Below are positions 26,127 to 38,500 of a DNA stretch of 52,576 nucleotides, in pieces. Every line of letters starts with the position of its first letter. The stretch's first letter is position 1. The notes beneath the pieces were generated by a model that saw only the letters and a list, made by a program, of their open reading frames with translations, was not told where the DNA came from and ran no database searches. A program made the position numbers and the translations under genes. Source of the DNA: Malacoraja senta. Lineage: Eukaryota. The stretch is from assembly GCA_038087875.1 (NCBI GenBank), contig JAXLNO010000391.1:1-52576 (forward strand), in the 5' to 3' direction.

Positions 26127-26278
26127 GATTAAACTGCGAGAGGCATAACGGAGATCGGGGTCTTATTCCTAAAATGGCGGAAGTGACGTACCGTTACGTT
26201 CCGATCCGTACTACACGTCAGTCCATTGGATTTCGTAGGAGTGGTCTATCTTGCTCCTCTAGTATCTTTGATCAGTAG

Positions 26279-28110
26279 GTCATCCTGGTTGCACACACAG
26301 TGTAACATTTTGTAACATCTTGTAACATTTTGTCCATGACAGACTGGAGAATTTTCGGGGAGGATTTCACACCATAAGGCAGCTCTGTATATGAATACAA
26401 GCCCTTCTGTGTGTTGATAGTCAAGTACTGCTGACTTTCCTTGTTGACATACGAGTTGGGCGTAAGTGTGAGACAAATCCAGTTTAGTGAAGATTCTTGC
26501 TCTGCGTACAGATCTTGCGAGGTTGGTAACGGATATTGTTCGTCATCCACGCCTTGGTTGATTGTGACTTTATAGTCACCACATAGTCAAACAGTTTTGT
26601 CGGCCTTGGGTACGGCCACAATTGGCGTTGCCCAGTTACTCTGGTCTGTCTTCACGAGTACTCCATTCCGCTCTAACCTGTCGAGTTCTTCCTCCACTTG
26701 TTGCTTTAGTGCATATGGTACAGGTCTTGGTCGACAATACACAGGTCTCACATCTTGCTTAAGTCGAATGTGTGCAGAGTCCCTGTTATTCCCATGTAAC
26801 TGTCAGCAAAAATGTTTGCATGTTTGCTTATGACGTTTTCAAGATGTGATTTGGACAAATCTACGCTGAAAATGTTCTTCTAGTCTAACCCTATTCTACT
26901 CAGCCAATCCTTTCAAAGGAGGGTTGGTTTATTTCTGAAGCTGGCCACTATGATGGGCAGTGTTACTGACTGACCATTATGCTGAACTTTACAGTTTATT
27001 TGTCCACATGTCTCCAAAACTTCGCCCGAGTAGCTACTCTCAAACAATGGTATCTGTGGGAACTTTGTTTTGTACAGGTCTCTGCCCATGACCAAACAAT
27101 GTACTGCCGTGTCAATACACATATTGACTAACTGTTCATTTATCAATAGTTTATTTCGAAAGTCCTTGCCTTGACTGGTTGAAGGCTTATGGATGTTGGT
27201 TGCATAAATGGTGTACAACCCAAGTTCATTTCCATCTGGGTTCACATCCAAGTTGTGAACTCCTCTCTGGTGTTGTCGCTTGATTCCCGCAGATTTTTGG
27301 TGTCCTGCTTTAAGCTTGGCCCGACATGCTGAGGCGATATGGCCTTTCTTCTGGCAGTTATAGCACTTGGCCATTTTGAACTGACAAAATTGGGATGAGT
27401 GATTACTGTTGCAACGATAACAACTGGCTGAACTCGGCTCCCCGCCATACTTTGGTTTTGGTTTAGCGCCTCTTGGTTTGTCCATATGCACTGCCTGGTG
27501 ACTGTAAACGGCCACTACAGTCCGTGGTAGACGAAACTCGCGAGCATTCTTTGATGCCATCTCGATTGTGGTAGCAATCTTGCATGCTTTCTCGAATGTG
27601 AGATCTGGAGTGTTCATGAGTTTGGACTGAATTCGTTCATCCACTAGACCACAAACAAATCTGTCGCGTAGTGTGCGTCCGAGAAAGGTTCCAAAGTTAC
27701 AGTGCAAAGTTAAGTTTTTCAAGGCAACAATGTACTCATTGATTGTCTCATTCTGCTTCTGGATTCTAGTGCTGAATTTATAGATTTCTGCAATTTCCAG
27801 AGGCTTTGGGTTGAAGTGCTCCTCCAACCTCCATAATGTCATTGAATGGCACGTCTTTTGCCTTTATGGGTGCAAGGCGTTTCACGAGTGTGCCGTACAC
27901 TTCAGGACCGATCTCCGTGAGCAGAATCGCTTTCATGCATTTGCAAACGGCCTTAATTGTTTCAGTCACTCTCTCTCCTTCACCACTAATCTCCATTATG
28001 TTGTTTGCCGTGAAAAACATGCTCGCTCTCTCCATATAGGAGCTGAACAGCTCTCTACTCTTGTCAAAAGTGCCAAGGTTTCCGATGTAGCCCGTGGACG
28101 CTGCCATCAT
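26279..28110 (-). pseudogene. gag: Gypsy A gag, protease and RT N-terminal remnant
   Basis: IGNLGTFD, HFNPKPLEIAE, LRDRFVCGL, knuckles CYRCNSNH...C and CYNCQKKGHIASAC, IDTA protease-like site, YPLPT...INTQKGLY. Confidence 0.9.
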
Positions 28111-28470
28111 GTTGTTCTCTTTTTTTTTTGTCCATTCATAAATCCCGATTTCCTGTCTGTTCTGGTGTAACAATTCACCTAAAACTTAGCTGTTCAAAGG
28201 CTATTCAGCTTGACAAAAAAAAATCTTATACAATCCCAAGGATGGCATCTTACCACATACACAACATAGAGATAGCCTGACAAACTCTCGACAATTTGTC
28301 CAGCTGCTGTTTTAAACTACAGTCCCCTGCATAGAAGGATCTGCGGCCTATCGTGTCCAGCTCGCAAACAACTGCGACACAACTCCGTATTTACTGTTTA
28401 AAATGTTAAACAATACTGCCTGTTGCAAAACAGTCCTGTACTGTATTTAAAGGATGAGTTCTCAAACTCT

Positions 28471-28488
28471 ATCCCATCCTCGTCGCCA
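28471..28488 (-). promoter_or_regulatory. Gypsy A PBS, tRNA-Ser
   Basis: TGGCGACGAGGATGGGAT on the minus strand, separated from the LTR by 4 nt. Confidence 0.85.
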
Positions 28489-28492
28489 ATTT

Positions 28493-28636
28493 TGTTATAT
28501 TCCGGACGGCAGAATGAATAACAACTTACACGCTGGTTGCCTGGATCACAAGAGAGAGATTTATTACCCAACATTCCCTGCTGATATTGAACACCAACTC
28601 ATTAATATATACATGAATATGTATGAATATATTACA
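28493..28636 (-). repeat. Gypsy A 5' LTR
   Basis: 144 bp, TG...CA, next to the PBS. Confidence 0.95.
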
Positions 28637-29239
28637 GTCACCATTCCATGTCCTCCAGAGATGTTGCCTGACCTACTTGAGTTACTTCAGCACTTTGTAT
28701 TTTACTCAAAATTCCAGCATCCTCGGTTCTTGTGTCTACAATGAGAACATTACAGATTCCACAATATCATGTCTCTCCCACAAAATCAAATGATTTGATC
28801 AATCTAATAGCTCTAGACTCCAGTGCCTCCATGTACATACTGATCCTGGTATCTCTGGCCTCTCTTCCAACCATTCCTATGGTTGCCTGCCTGCCAACTG
28901 TAATCCCAGATCACATACTCATCTGCTTCTGTGGCAGAACACTCTCAAATCTTTGAAACCGGTCACAAACATGCATCAGAGCAAAAACTGCAGGCAACAA
29001 AAAAGAAGTGCACAAAAAAGAACAGTCATTTAAATGTAAGATAGAGCACCTAAACAACTTACTTCACAATCTAAGTGCTTTAAAAATGTACACAACATGT
29101 TTATGAAGTGTAAGCTAGTTTCTACCTAGAAATGTGAATGAATTTTGTAAATTACTAAAACAAAGTAAATATTACACTTCTCTAATTTAGTCAAAATTTC
29201 CACAAATTTCTGAAGGTTATTGCATACAATTTAAGTAGG

Positions 29240-29955
29240 ACCTCATTGTCAACAACACTGCATGGAAAATGATGCTCAGGTACCTGACTGGCACAGTGTC
29301 ATTGATCCAGGAACTAATTGACCTTCTCCTGTTGGCCACTTGTATCTAGTGGGGCACAACAGGGATCAGTTCTTGTGTCCCAGATGTACACACTCAATGT
29401 CAAAGATTTGGCTGAGGAGACTGCTGTAGCTTTTCCAAGTCTGCTGATGACATAAAACTATGTAGGAATGTCAGAAATGATGGGAACATAAAGAAGTTTC
29501 AAGAGGACATTCACCAGCTGAGTGGAAGATGTAGTACAAAATGGGGAAATGTGAAGTTATCCTCTTTGGTAGAAAAGACAGAAACAGTAAAAACGATGTA
29601 TTTCTCAGCTGGTGATAGCTTGAGAAATTATGTATGTTTAAAGGAATCTGGGTGTCCTTGTACACCTATCACTGAAAGTTAACATACATGTATAGCAGGC
29701 AGTTAGGAAGGCTAATAGTACATTAGCATTTACTGCTAGAGGAGTTGAGAGAAGATGTTTTGCTGCAATTGTATAGGACCTTAGTAAGATCGCATGTGAA
29801 GCATGGCATTAAATCTGGGTCTCTTTACCTAAAAACAGATATGTGATTACTATAGGGGGATTCTTGAGATTCACAATTGGTTCCTGAAAAGGTAGACCTG
29901 CCTTGTGCAGAGAGGTTGTATATGTTAGGCCTGCATTTTCTGGAGTTTAGTAAAG
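29240..29955 (+). mobile_element. Old degenerate CR1 fragment
   Basis: Residual GGATCAGTTCTT, GCTGATGACATAAAACT and CTGGGTGTCCTTGTACAC matching the other CR1 copies. Confidence 0.7.
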
Positions 29956-29963
29956 TACGCTAG

Positions 29964-30838
29964 TACAATACAATACAATACAATACGGTTTTATTCATCA
30001 CATTGCACATAAAGTGCAAGTGAAATGAATTTGCCAGCAGTGGTACAATGATAAAGAACACCCAAAACACACAAAAAAATTAACACAAACATCCAGCACA
30101 GCATTCATCACTGTGGTGGAAGGCACAACATTTGGCCAGTCCTCCTCCATTTTCCCCCGTGGTCAGGACCTCAACCCTCCACAGCCATCGCTGCGGGCGC
30201 CCAGATGTACAGACAGTTAAAAGTCCAGGTAAGTCCAGAGTTGGCTCTTCCCCACCGGAGACCGCAGTTTCAGGTTGGTGTAGGCGCAGGCCTGCGGTTG
30301 AAGATTTAAAGCCCCTGCCGCGCCGCAGCCAGAAGCACCGCAGACCGCAGGGCCGGCGGTCAAAGCTCCCCTCCAGGGGTGATGGTAAGTCCACGCCAGG
30401 CCTAACATCGCGGAGGTTGGCCGCGGACCGACGGTCAGAGCTTCTTCTCCTCCCGGGTCCCCACGAGGGATCCCAATCTCCGGACGCCGCCAGGTGGAGC
30501 TCTGCAGACCGCGGCTTCAGGCTGCCGGCTGCCGGCTGCCGCGGGCCAGCGAATGGAGCGCTCCCCTCCGCCGAGCCCCGGCGAGGGCTCGCCCGCTCCG
30601 CGCCGAGAGTCCGCGCTGCGCCCGCCGCTGAAGCCCCCGGGCGCGTCTCCGGGAAAGGCCGCCCAATCCTCGATGTTAGGCCACGGGGAGGCGACCTGGA
30701 AAAAGTTTAGGTCGGTCCGTGGAGGAGGCGACTGAAACGGTTTCCCCCTTATGCCCCCCCCCCCACACAAGACACACAAAGAAACATTAAAAACATACAT
30801 TGAAACACACTAAATTTTTTTTTTTTAAGTTGAAAAGA
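29964..30838 (-). mobile_element. GC-rich non-coding retroelement with Rex1-type tail
   Basis: (TACAA)n and TTTATT tail at left; GC-rich body; C tract and AC-rich block at right, as in the other family members. Confidence 0.65.
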
Positions 30839-31420
30839 CCAGTATGGGTGTTGTGGGCTGAAGGGACTGGTTTCCAGAGGGCTAGTATGGACATTGTGGG
30901 CCGAATGGATTCTTGGGCAGGCGGCTCAGTCACTCAAGCCTGTTGTGCTGGCAGCTCACTCACGGCTAGTGGGCTGGCAGTTGACTCACAGCTATTCCTT
31001 GAAATTCCAGTTCAAGCAGGGTGCAAGGCCACCAAATTCAAGTGCAGTTTCTTACCACTTCAAGCAGGGTGCAAGGCCACTAAATTTAAGTGCCACTAAA
31101 GACAGCGAGTCATGACCTCTCACTCCTCCATCTTGCAGAGACTGAGCCACGCCCACACTTCTGGGTTTTATATTCCCTCCCCCCCTCCCACCAGAAGGGG
31201 CGTGGCCTTCATGGCGTGATTGACAGGAGAGAGAATCTCAACATTTTGAAACACTAATAACTTTTATTTTTCATCGATGCGAAAAATCCTCAGCACCTGA
31301 TGAGCGGAGGGGGACTCTAAGCTGGCCAAATATCACAGCCGTACGTGGTAGTGTTTTTTCTAAAAATCAATATAAAGCGCAAACAGGAAGTGGTCAAGAT
31401 TAAACTTTTAATTATATAAG

Positions 31421-31616
31421 AAGGCAAGGCAACTTTAATTAGGCAAGGCAACTTTAATTAGGCAAGGCAACTTTAATTAGGCAAGGCAACTTTAATTTGG
31501 CAAGGCAACTTTAATTAGGCAAGGCAACTTTAATTGGGCACGGCAACTTTAATTATGAAGGCAACTTTAATTAGGGAAGGCAACTTTAATTAGGCAAGGC
31601 AACTTTAATTAGGCAG
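31421..31616. repeat. 19-bp tandem repeat (AAGGCAACTTTAATTAGGC), about 10 copies
   Basis: Read directly. Confidence 0.92.
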
Positions 31617-31762
31617 CACAGCTTTAGCATTCCCAAACCAAAGGCAACACAGCTTTAGCATTTTCAAACCACAGTCAACACAGCTTTAGCATTTCCAAAC
31701 CAAAGGCAATACAGCTTTAGCATTTCCAAACCAAAGGCAACACAGCTTTAGCATTTCCAAAC
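31617..31762. repeat. 30-bp tandem repeat (CAACACAGCTTTAGCATTTCCAAACCAAAG-like), resuming at 42560-42657
   Basis: Array split by the Gypsy B insertion. Confidence 0.92.
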
Positions 31763-32056
31763 TGTAGATTGAGTGCATGTGAACCAATCACACACAAGCC
31801 AGCACCACTAACTCCACCCCTTCACAACATCCATACTAACACTCTTACTAACGCCCCACCCCGACACTTGGGTTCGGGCAGCTAGGGTGTACTGACGACC
31901 AGTTATCCTAGTGCTGCTAAGTGATTATTAAAGACGTGTTTAAACCACGCAATAACTTTGGCTCTTGTTTACATGGCGTCAGAAGTGGGATGACCCTCGT
32001 TTTCTGTATAACGGTTTTTATTTTTATCATTTTGGGGAGTTTTGTCTTACTTTACG

Positions 32057-35000
32057 ATGGCCTCCTCTTGTCGAAAGCCTGACCCTCTTGTCTTTGATGT
32101 GGATTTCCGCGAACGCTGGGCTATGTTTGAACTCGACTACCAGCACTACATGAACATTGCACACCGAAATGAACCAGATGCTGTCAAGGCTTCTCTCCTG
32201 CTCAACCTTGTGGGTTCAGCCGCCCTTCGTCGGTCAAGAACATTCCACTATGCTCCAGCGGTCTGCGATGCTAACGGTCAGGTAATAACCCCAGCAGAAT
32301 CTCCTGACGACCCCAATGACCTGCTACGTAAACTGAGCCAGATCTGTGACCTGCCCTCAAACCACATTTTGGATAGGGCAAGGTTCTTCTCTCGTCGTCA
32401 GCTCCCTGGCGAATGGGCAGACTCGTTTATTTCTGATTTGATGTGTTTAGCCCAACGTGGTCGGTTCGAACTAATTCCTATTGATCAGCTAACTGATCAG
32501 CTAACGAGGGACATACTAGTGAATGGCATGAGCGATTTAAAGCTCAGATCAGAGCTTCTGAGATGGACAGATTTGACGCTTGATGAAGCTGTGCACGCAT
32601 GCAGAACTGCTGAATTCATCGACCCCATAGAAGGCTTGCATGAAACAAAAACAATCAATGAGATGGGCTTCACTAGGCAGCGAACACACACAGATAACAG
32701 GCGATTTACGACCCAAGCTAGTCAGGAGGTTCGCAGCAGTTCGCAGCAGAGATGTCCTAACTGCAATTACTTACACAACAGACTTACTTACACAACAGCC
32801 TGCCCTGCCCTAGGGAAAACATGCAATTACTGCAAAAAGTTGAACCACTTTGCTTCAGTGTGTAGGGCCTGTAAGGGGAGGAATTCCCCAAGCTCCAAGT
32901 CTAATCTCAATTTTTTGTGACTAGACAGCAACAATATTACTCCCAACAATTACCAGCTCACAGCTGTTCCAGCCCACAGCCCAATTAATTTTTTTTTTTA
33001 ATTTTTTTTTAAAAATATTTTTATTTTATTAGTACAATTGTATACAATCATATTTTTATAATACATTTTATGTACAGCTTCTTATTTTTTTAATTTTTAT
33101 AATAAAGAAGAAAAAGAAAAATAAGTTAGATAATGAAATATAGAAAAATGTGAGATATATAGTGTGTGGAAAAGAAAAATAGAGAGTGAAAGAAGAAAGT
33201 TAAAGAATAGAAAATAGGAAAAAGAGAATAAAAGAAGAAACGGGAAGAAAAAGAAAAAAGGAGTAAGGAGATCTTATTTATATCCTGACCATCCCTCGCC
33301 CAGTCACGAGTTAGCTTTTACAATTGTGTTGCACCATATGATTCCAAAAAGACGACAAATGGAGACCAACTCGTTGTGAATTGGTCAAATTTATCTATTA
33401 GGAGGAATCGCATTTCCTCAAGATGTGCGGTGTCCAACATACTTGCAATCCACATTTTGAGCGTTGGTATTGGTGTATTTTTCCAAAATTTCAATATTTT
33501 TTTCAACAAGATTAGAACTAACGAGCCTCTTATCAAGGACAGGTCCACTTAACATGCTTTCGGAGGGGAGGTATTGGTTCCTCTGGGCAAAACCAACTTG
33601 AGATGTGTACTGAAAAGATCCACGAGGGTTTTAACCTTTTATATCCTGAACTTTGACTCAGCCACCCTGCTTGGTAATCGTGCCTGTCAAGAGCTGGGGC
33701 TGATTTCCTTTGACAAAACCGTCCATAAGCTACAAATTTCGTTTGACCCGCTGAGTGAATTCCCTGATCTTTTCGACAACAACCTAGGCAGGTTGCCCGT
33801 GACTTACAGGATTACTACTGACCCCGATGTGACGCCCGTCATCTGAGCCCCACACCGATTGTCATTTGCCATGACTGACAGGGTTCACTCTATGCTGAAG
33901 GACATGACCTCCATGGGCGTAATTGAAGCAGTCAGCAACCCCACCGACTGGGTCTCGACCATGATTGCCACATTCAAGAAGGGAAAGAATGAAATCCGTC
34001 TGTGCATCAACCCGAAAGACCTGAACACTGCCATTAAGCACCCACACCATCCCATGAAGACCGTGGAGGATGTTGCGGCAAAGGTCGGAATAGCCACCCT
34101 ATTTTCTGTTCTCGATGCTAAGAACTCTTTCTGGCAGATACCACTGGACAAGAAGTCATCAAGCCTCACTACATTTGCCACCCCATTCGGCAGATATAAG
34201 TTCCTGAGAATGCTGTTTGGAATCAACTCTGCAAGTGAAGTCTTCCAGAGAGCCATGAAGCATCTATTCGAGGGCCTGCCTTGTGCCATTATTGTCGATG
34301 ATATCCTCGTATATGGCAAAGACGCAGCGGAACACGATCACAATCTCAGGCTCATCTTGGAGCGTGCTCGCAAGATAAACCTCAAGCTCAATCCTGACAA
34401 GTATAAGTTCCGGGTTCCAGCGGTTTCCTACGTTGGCCACATCTTTACTCCTGATGGCCTTAAACCCGATCCGAAGAAAGCTGCTGCCATCACAGAGATG
34501 CCTGCCCCCACAGATGTAAAAGGCCTGCAACGTTTTCTGGGCATGGTAAACTATCTCGGAAAGTTTATACCGAACCTCAGCGAAATAAGCTCCACACTGC
34601 GGCAGCTGACCAAAAAGGACACTGCATGGTCATGGTTCCCGCAACATCAGGCTACCTTTGTTGTTCTAAAATCTAAACTGACCAGTGCACCGACCCTTTT
34701 TTCGACCTGAACCGTCCTGTGACGATCACATGTGATGCCTCGAAATTTGGGCTCGGCGCAGCCTGCTTGCAACCATCTGCTGACGGCACTGTACTACCTG
34801 TCGCGTATGCCTCTCACACCATGACCGACACGGAGCATCACTACGCGCAAATCAAAAAGGAACTGCTGGCTTTCGTGTTTGCCTGCACCAAATTCCGTGA
34901 TTTTGTCCTTGGCAACACATTCACGGTCGAGACGGACCATCAACCGCTGGTGACAATCTTGAACAAGCCCATCCATGCCGCGCCAGCTCGCTTGCAGCGC

Positions 35001-35300
35001 ATGATGCTGCAGCTGCAGCGGTACGACTTCGCCATTACCTACAAGAAGGGTAAGGACATGCACGTTGCTGACACTCTCTCCCGTGCACCTCGGTCTTCTT
35101 GCAAACAACACCCTCATGAACAGGAGGATTTCATGGTCCTCGGTGTCGACCTCGTCCCCAGTAAGCAACTGCGCGCCCTGGCCGCGCACACTGCCACTGA
35201 CATTACGCTTCAAACCCTCTCCTCCATCATCAAAACAGGCTGGCCAGACAAACGATCCAACACGCCCACAGAGGTACAGCCGTACTTCCTGGTACGTGAT
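32057..35300 (+). pseudogene. pol: Gypsy B gag-pol, 5' part (gag, RT, RNase H)
   Basis: MASSCRKP, CNYCKKLNHFASVC, LDAKNSFWQI, IIVDDILVYG, CDASKFGLGA, TDHQPL. Confidence 0.92.
32988..33503 (-). mobile_element. L1 LINE 3' fragment replacing part of the Gypsy B protease
   Basis: Poly-T at left; ILKFWKNTPIPTLKMWI...HLEEMRF matches the other L1 C-termini. Confidence 0.85.
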
Positions 35301-35578
35301 TGTAAATAGTCATTACACACGTGTGACATTATAATAGTCTTTAATAAGTATACAGAGTTAAACAATACATGAGTAGTCACTGACTCCAGTCTGCTACTGT
35401 ACTGCGCAGAAGGAGAAGTAGACGTTATTATAAATGATACTTAAGGCGGGGTTAGTAGTGGTGAGGTAGCTATGTGATTGGTTGCATGCATAAACCATCT
35501 ACATCCTTCCCCTTAGAAGATTAAACATGAACACATGATTAAACATGGTGGATAACTATGGCAACGACTTAAACAAAA

Positions 35579-38500
35579 TCACCATACCGAACAGGCGGCT
35601 TGCTGACACGGCCCGAGCGCGTAAGGACCAACCCTTCCCCCCCCCTCACCAGAAAGACCCAAACCCGGGGGCGACGAAGCCAGAGGGGAAACAGAAAGCG
35701 GCAAGGGGGACAAATGTGCAGGAGGGCTAGGAAAACGGTTAGCAATGGGCGACCCACGCGAAGGTGAACAAAACACGCGAGGGGACTGAGGCATGCAGGG
35801 GCCGGCAACGGGATCAGCAGCGGATGGCTGGATCGGCAGCGGCGAAGCGTAAGGACCGGCTGCCTGCGGGAGCGGCTCCTGTACAGCAAGCAGGTGCTGA
35901 CGACTCCTGCGGTAGACAGTCCCTTCAAAGTCCACAAGGTACGAACGAGGCGCATCGGCAATGCCAACCACGGTGGCCAGACGGGAATATCCGCTAGCAG
36001 TATGTAGTCGAACGGCCTGTCCAGGCAGCAGAGGCTTGAGAGGCCTGCACGATCTATCATGTGACCATCTTTGGATGTCATGCTTAGCCTGAATGCGCGT
36101 CTGGACAAAGGCAGGCTCCAGCACTCGAGGCAGCAGCTTGTGTTGAGCAATCGGAATCGGTGGTCTTGTTGTTCTGGACATCAGCCGCTGAGCAGGTGAG
36201 CCTAGGGTTGCGTCCCTGAAAATGTTCCTTAGGTTCAGGAGGTCGAGGTAAAAGTCGGAATTCGCCAGGCGCGCTTGCTCCATTAGTAGTTTGGCACTCC
36301 GGACAGCCCGCTCAGCAAGCCCGTTACTCTGCGGGTACTCAGGGCTGCTCGTGAAGTGGAGGAAGTTCCACTTGTTGGCAAAGTTCTTGAGCTCCTGGCT
36401 GGTAAACTGCCTGCCGTTGTCGGTCTGCAGACGGACAGGCGAGCCGAAAGTGGAAAAATGTTTCCTCAGCTTACGGATGACCATCTCGGACGTGAGGGAG
36501 GTCAGAAGGTCAACCTCGAACCAGTTCGAGTACGAGTCAGCAAGGACGAGGTAGTGTTTACCACGCCACTCGAAAATGTCGGCGGCCACCGAGGTCCAGG
36601 CCAGGGCAGGCGCGGGTTGTTGCAAAAGGGGCTGCCTTTGCTGGTGGGATGCAAGGCTGTTGTAGGTAGAGCAAGACGAGACACGGTCCCGAATGTACTT
36701 AGCCATTCCAGGCCAGTAGAATTGGCACTGTGCGTGGGCGATCGTGGCATCAACGCCTGGGTGCCCGCTGTGGACCACGCTATAGTACTTGTCATACAGG
36801 GAGGAGGGGATCACGACCTTGTGGCCCTTAACAATAACGCCATCTTTGATGACCAGTTCGTCGCGAACCAGGAAAAAAGTCTGTGTCTCTGCGGGCGCAC
36901 TGGCGCGCTTGCTCGGCCAACCCCTTTTTATCACTGAAGAAAGTCGCTGCAGAGCGGGGTCGGCGGCAGTATGCTCGGCTAGGCACTGAAGCTGCTTAGT
37001 GGGGACAAAGTCAACGCCGAACACCAGAAGGTCTTCCCGTTCGTAGGGGTGTTGATCACAGGTGGCGCGAGGGGCACGAGAGAGGGTGTCCACAACGTGC
37101 ATATCAGTACCCTTTTTGTAGACAATGGTGAAGTCGAAACGCTGGAGCTGCATCATCATACGTTGCAGCCTGGCAGGTGCGACATGGATCGGCTTACTCA
37201 GGATGGTCACCAATGGCTGGTGGTCAGTCTCAACCGTGAAAGAATTCCCGAAAAGAAAGTCCTTGAACTTAGAGCAGGCGAAAACGACGGTGAGCAGCTC
37301 CTTTTCGATCTGTGTAGCAATGTTACAAAATTTTGAGATTTAAAAAATAAAGTCTGCAATTGATCCCATCAGATAAAGCATAAAAAGAAGTTTAATTTGA
37401 CACTTAATTCACTTTCATATCTTCAGTATTAAAAAGGTTATGGCTATTATCATACTCAGAAATTAGCATCTAGTTCCCTATTGCTTTTCCATTGACTTAA
37501 CACAAAAGCTGTGATCGAGGACAGTTAAAAGCCCATAACCTTCTTGAAAATTATGATAACTGAAAGAAATTGTCAGTTATTATAGATTGAAGCATTCTGA
37601 AACAAACATGAAACAATCTTACTTCGAAGACATGAAAGTAAAGCATATAATTAGTTAGTTACCTAATTGTAGCTAATTACAAAATTCAATTACTAGTTCT
37701 AAACATCTATCAATTTCTTAAGAATAGATTAACATTTTTAAATAGCCTAAGTGTCCAAATAACATTCACACAATAATTCACAATATAACATAATTTTTAA
37801 ATCTAATTTTCATGAATTTACAGGCCAAATGGAAGGAATTGAATGTTTAATACCTGTAAATTAATGGGGATTTAATTCATCTTGTGAGTGCGAATTTCTG
37901 GAACGCAATCTTTTGGAACGTTCATTTGCGGTGAATTTAACCCCGTATTGGCATGAAAAATACTGCCGTTAATTCGGGGAATAAAATCACCGTGTCGCAT
38001 GAAAAAATGTGAATTAAAGGCTTCTTAAGAAGCACTTTTATACATTTAAAGAAAGCACTTTCGTTTACCTGTCCCGTGTGTGAAATCCGTCCCCGTTATC
38101 GGCGTTGACGCTTCAGGAGCTGCTTTTAAAATTACTGTAGCGCTGACATTGACGATTTAATAAAAATAAAAAATTCACAAAACGCCGGTAGGAACGATTT
38201 TGTCAGCCAAGGCTTGTACTCCAACAAAATATCAACCAGGACAAGGGAGGAGAAACCTGCGTTTTAACCCCGCCCCCCCCTTAAAGGCGCCAAAATCGCG
38301 CACACGGCCAGTGGCAGAATTACAGCGCGACTCAAGGTAAGTTTTGTAACATACCTAATCTGTGCATAGCGTTGTTCGGTGTCGGTCATGGTACGGGTGG
38401 CATAGGAGACAGGGAGCAGGGAGCCATCTGCAGAGGACTGTAGGCAGGTTGCACTGAGCCCGAATCGCGAGGCATCACAGGTGACGGTGATGGGGAGCTT

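Larger units (their letters stand above)
21012..26270 (+). mobile_element. THAP-domain DNA transposon, P-element-like (hAT not excluded), defective
   Basis: About 39-bp TIR CAAAGATACTAGAGGAGCAAGATA...; 8-bp TSD ATCAGTAG at 21004-21011 and 26271-26278; interrupts Gypsy A RT; THAP remnant inside. Confidence 0.88.
17701..28636 (-). mobile_element. Gypsy LTR retrotransposon A (Mag-like), with nested insertions
   Basis: 144-bp LTRs, TSD GTCAC at 17696-17700 and 28637-28641, PBS-Ser, PPT next to 17844, gag-PR-RT-RH-IN order. Confidence 0.95.
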
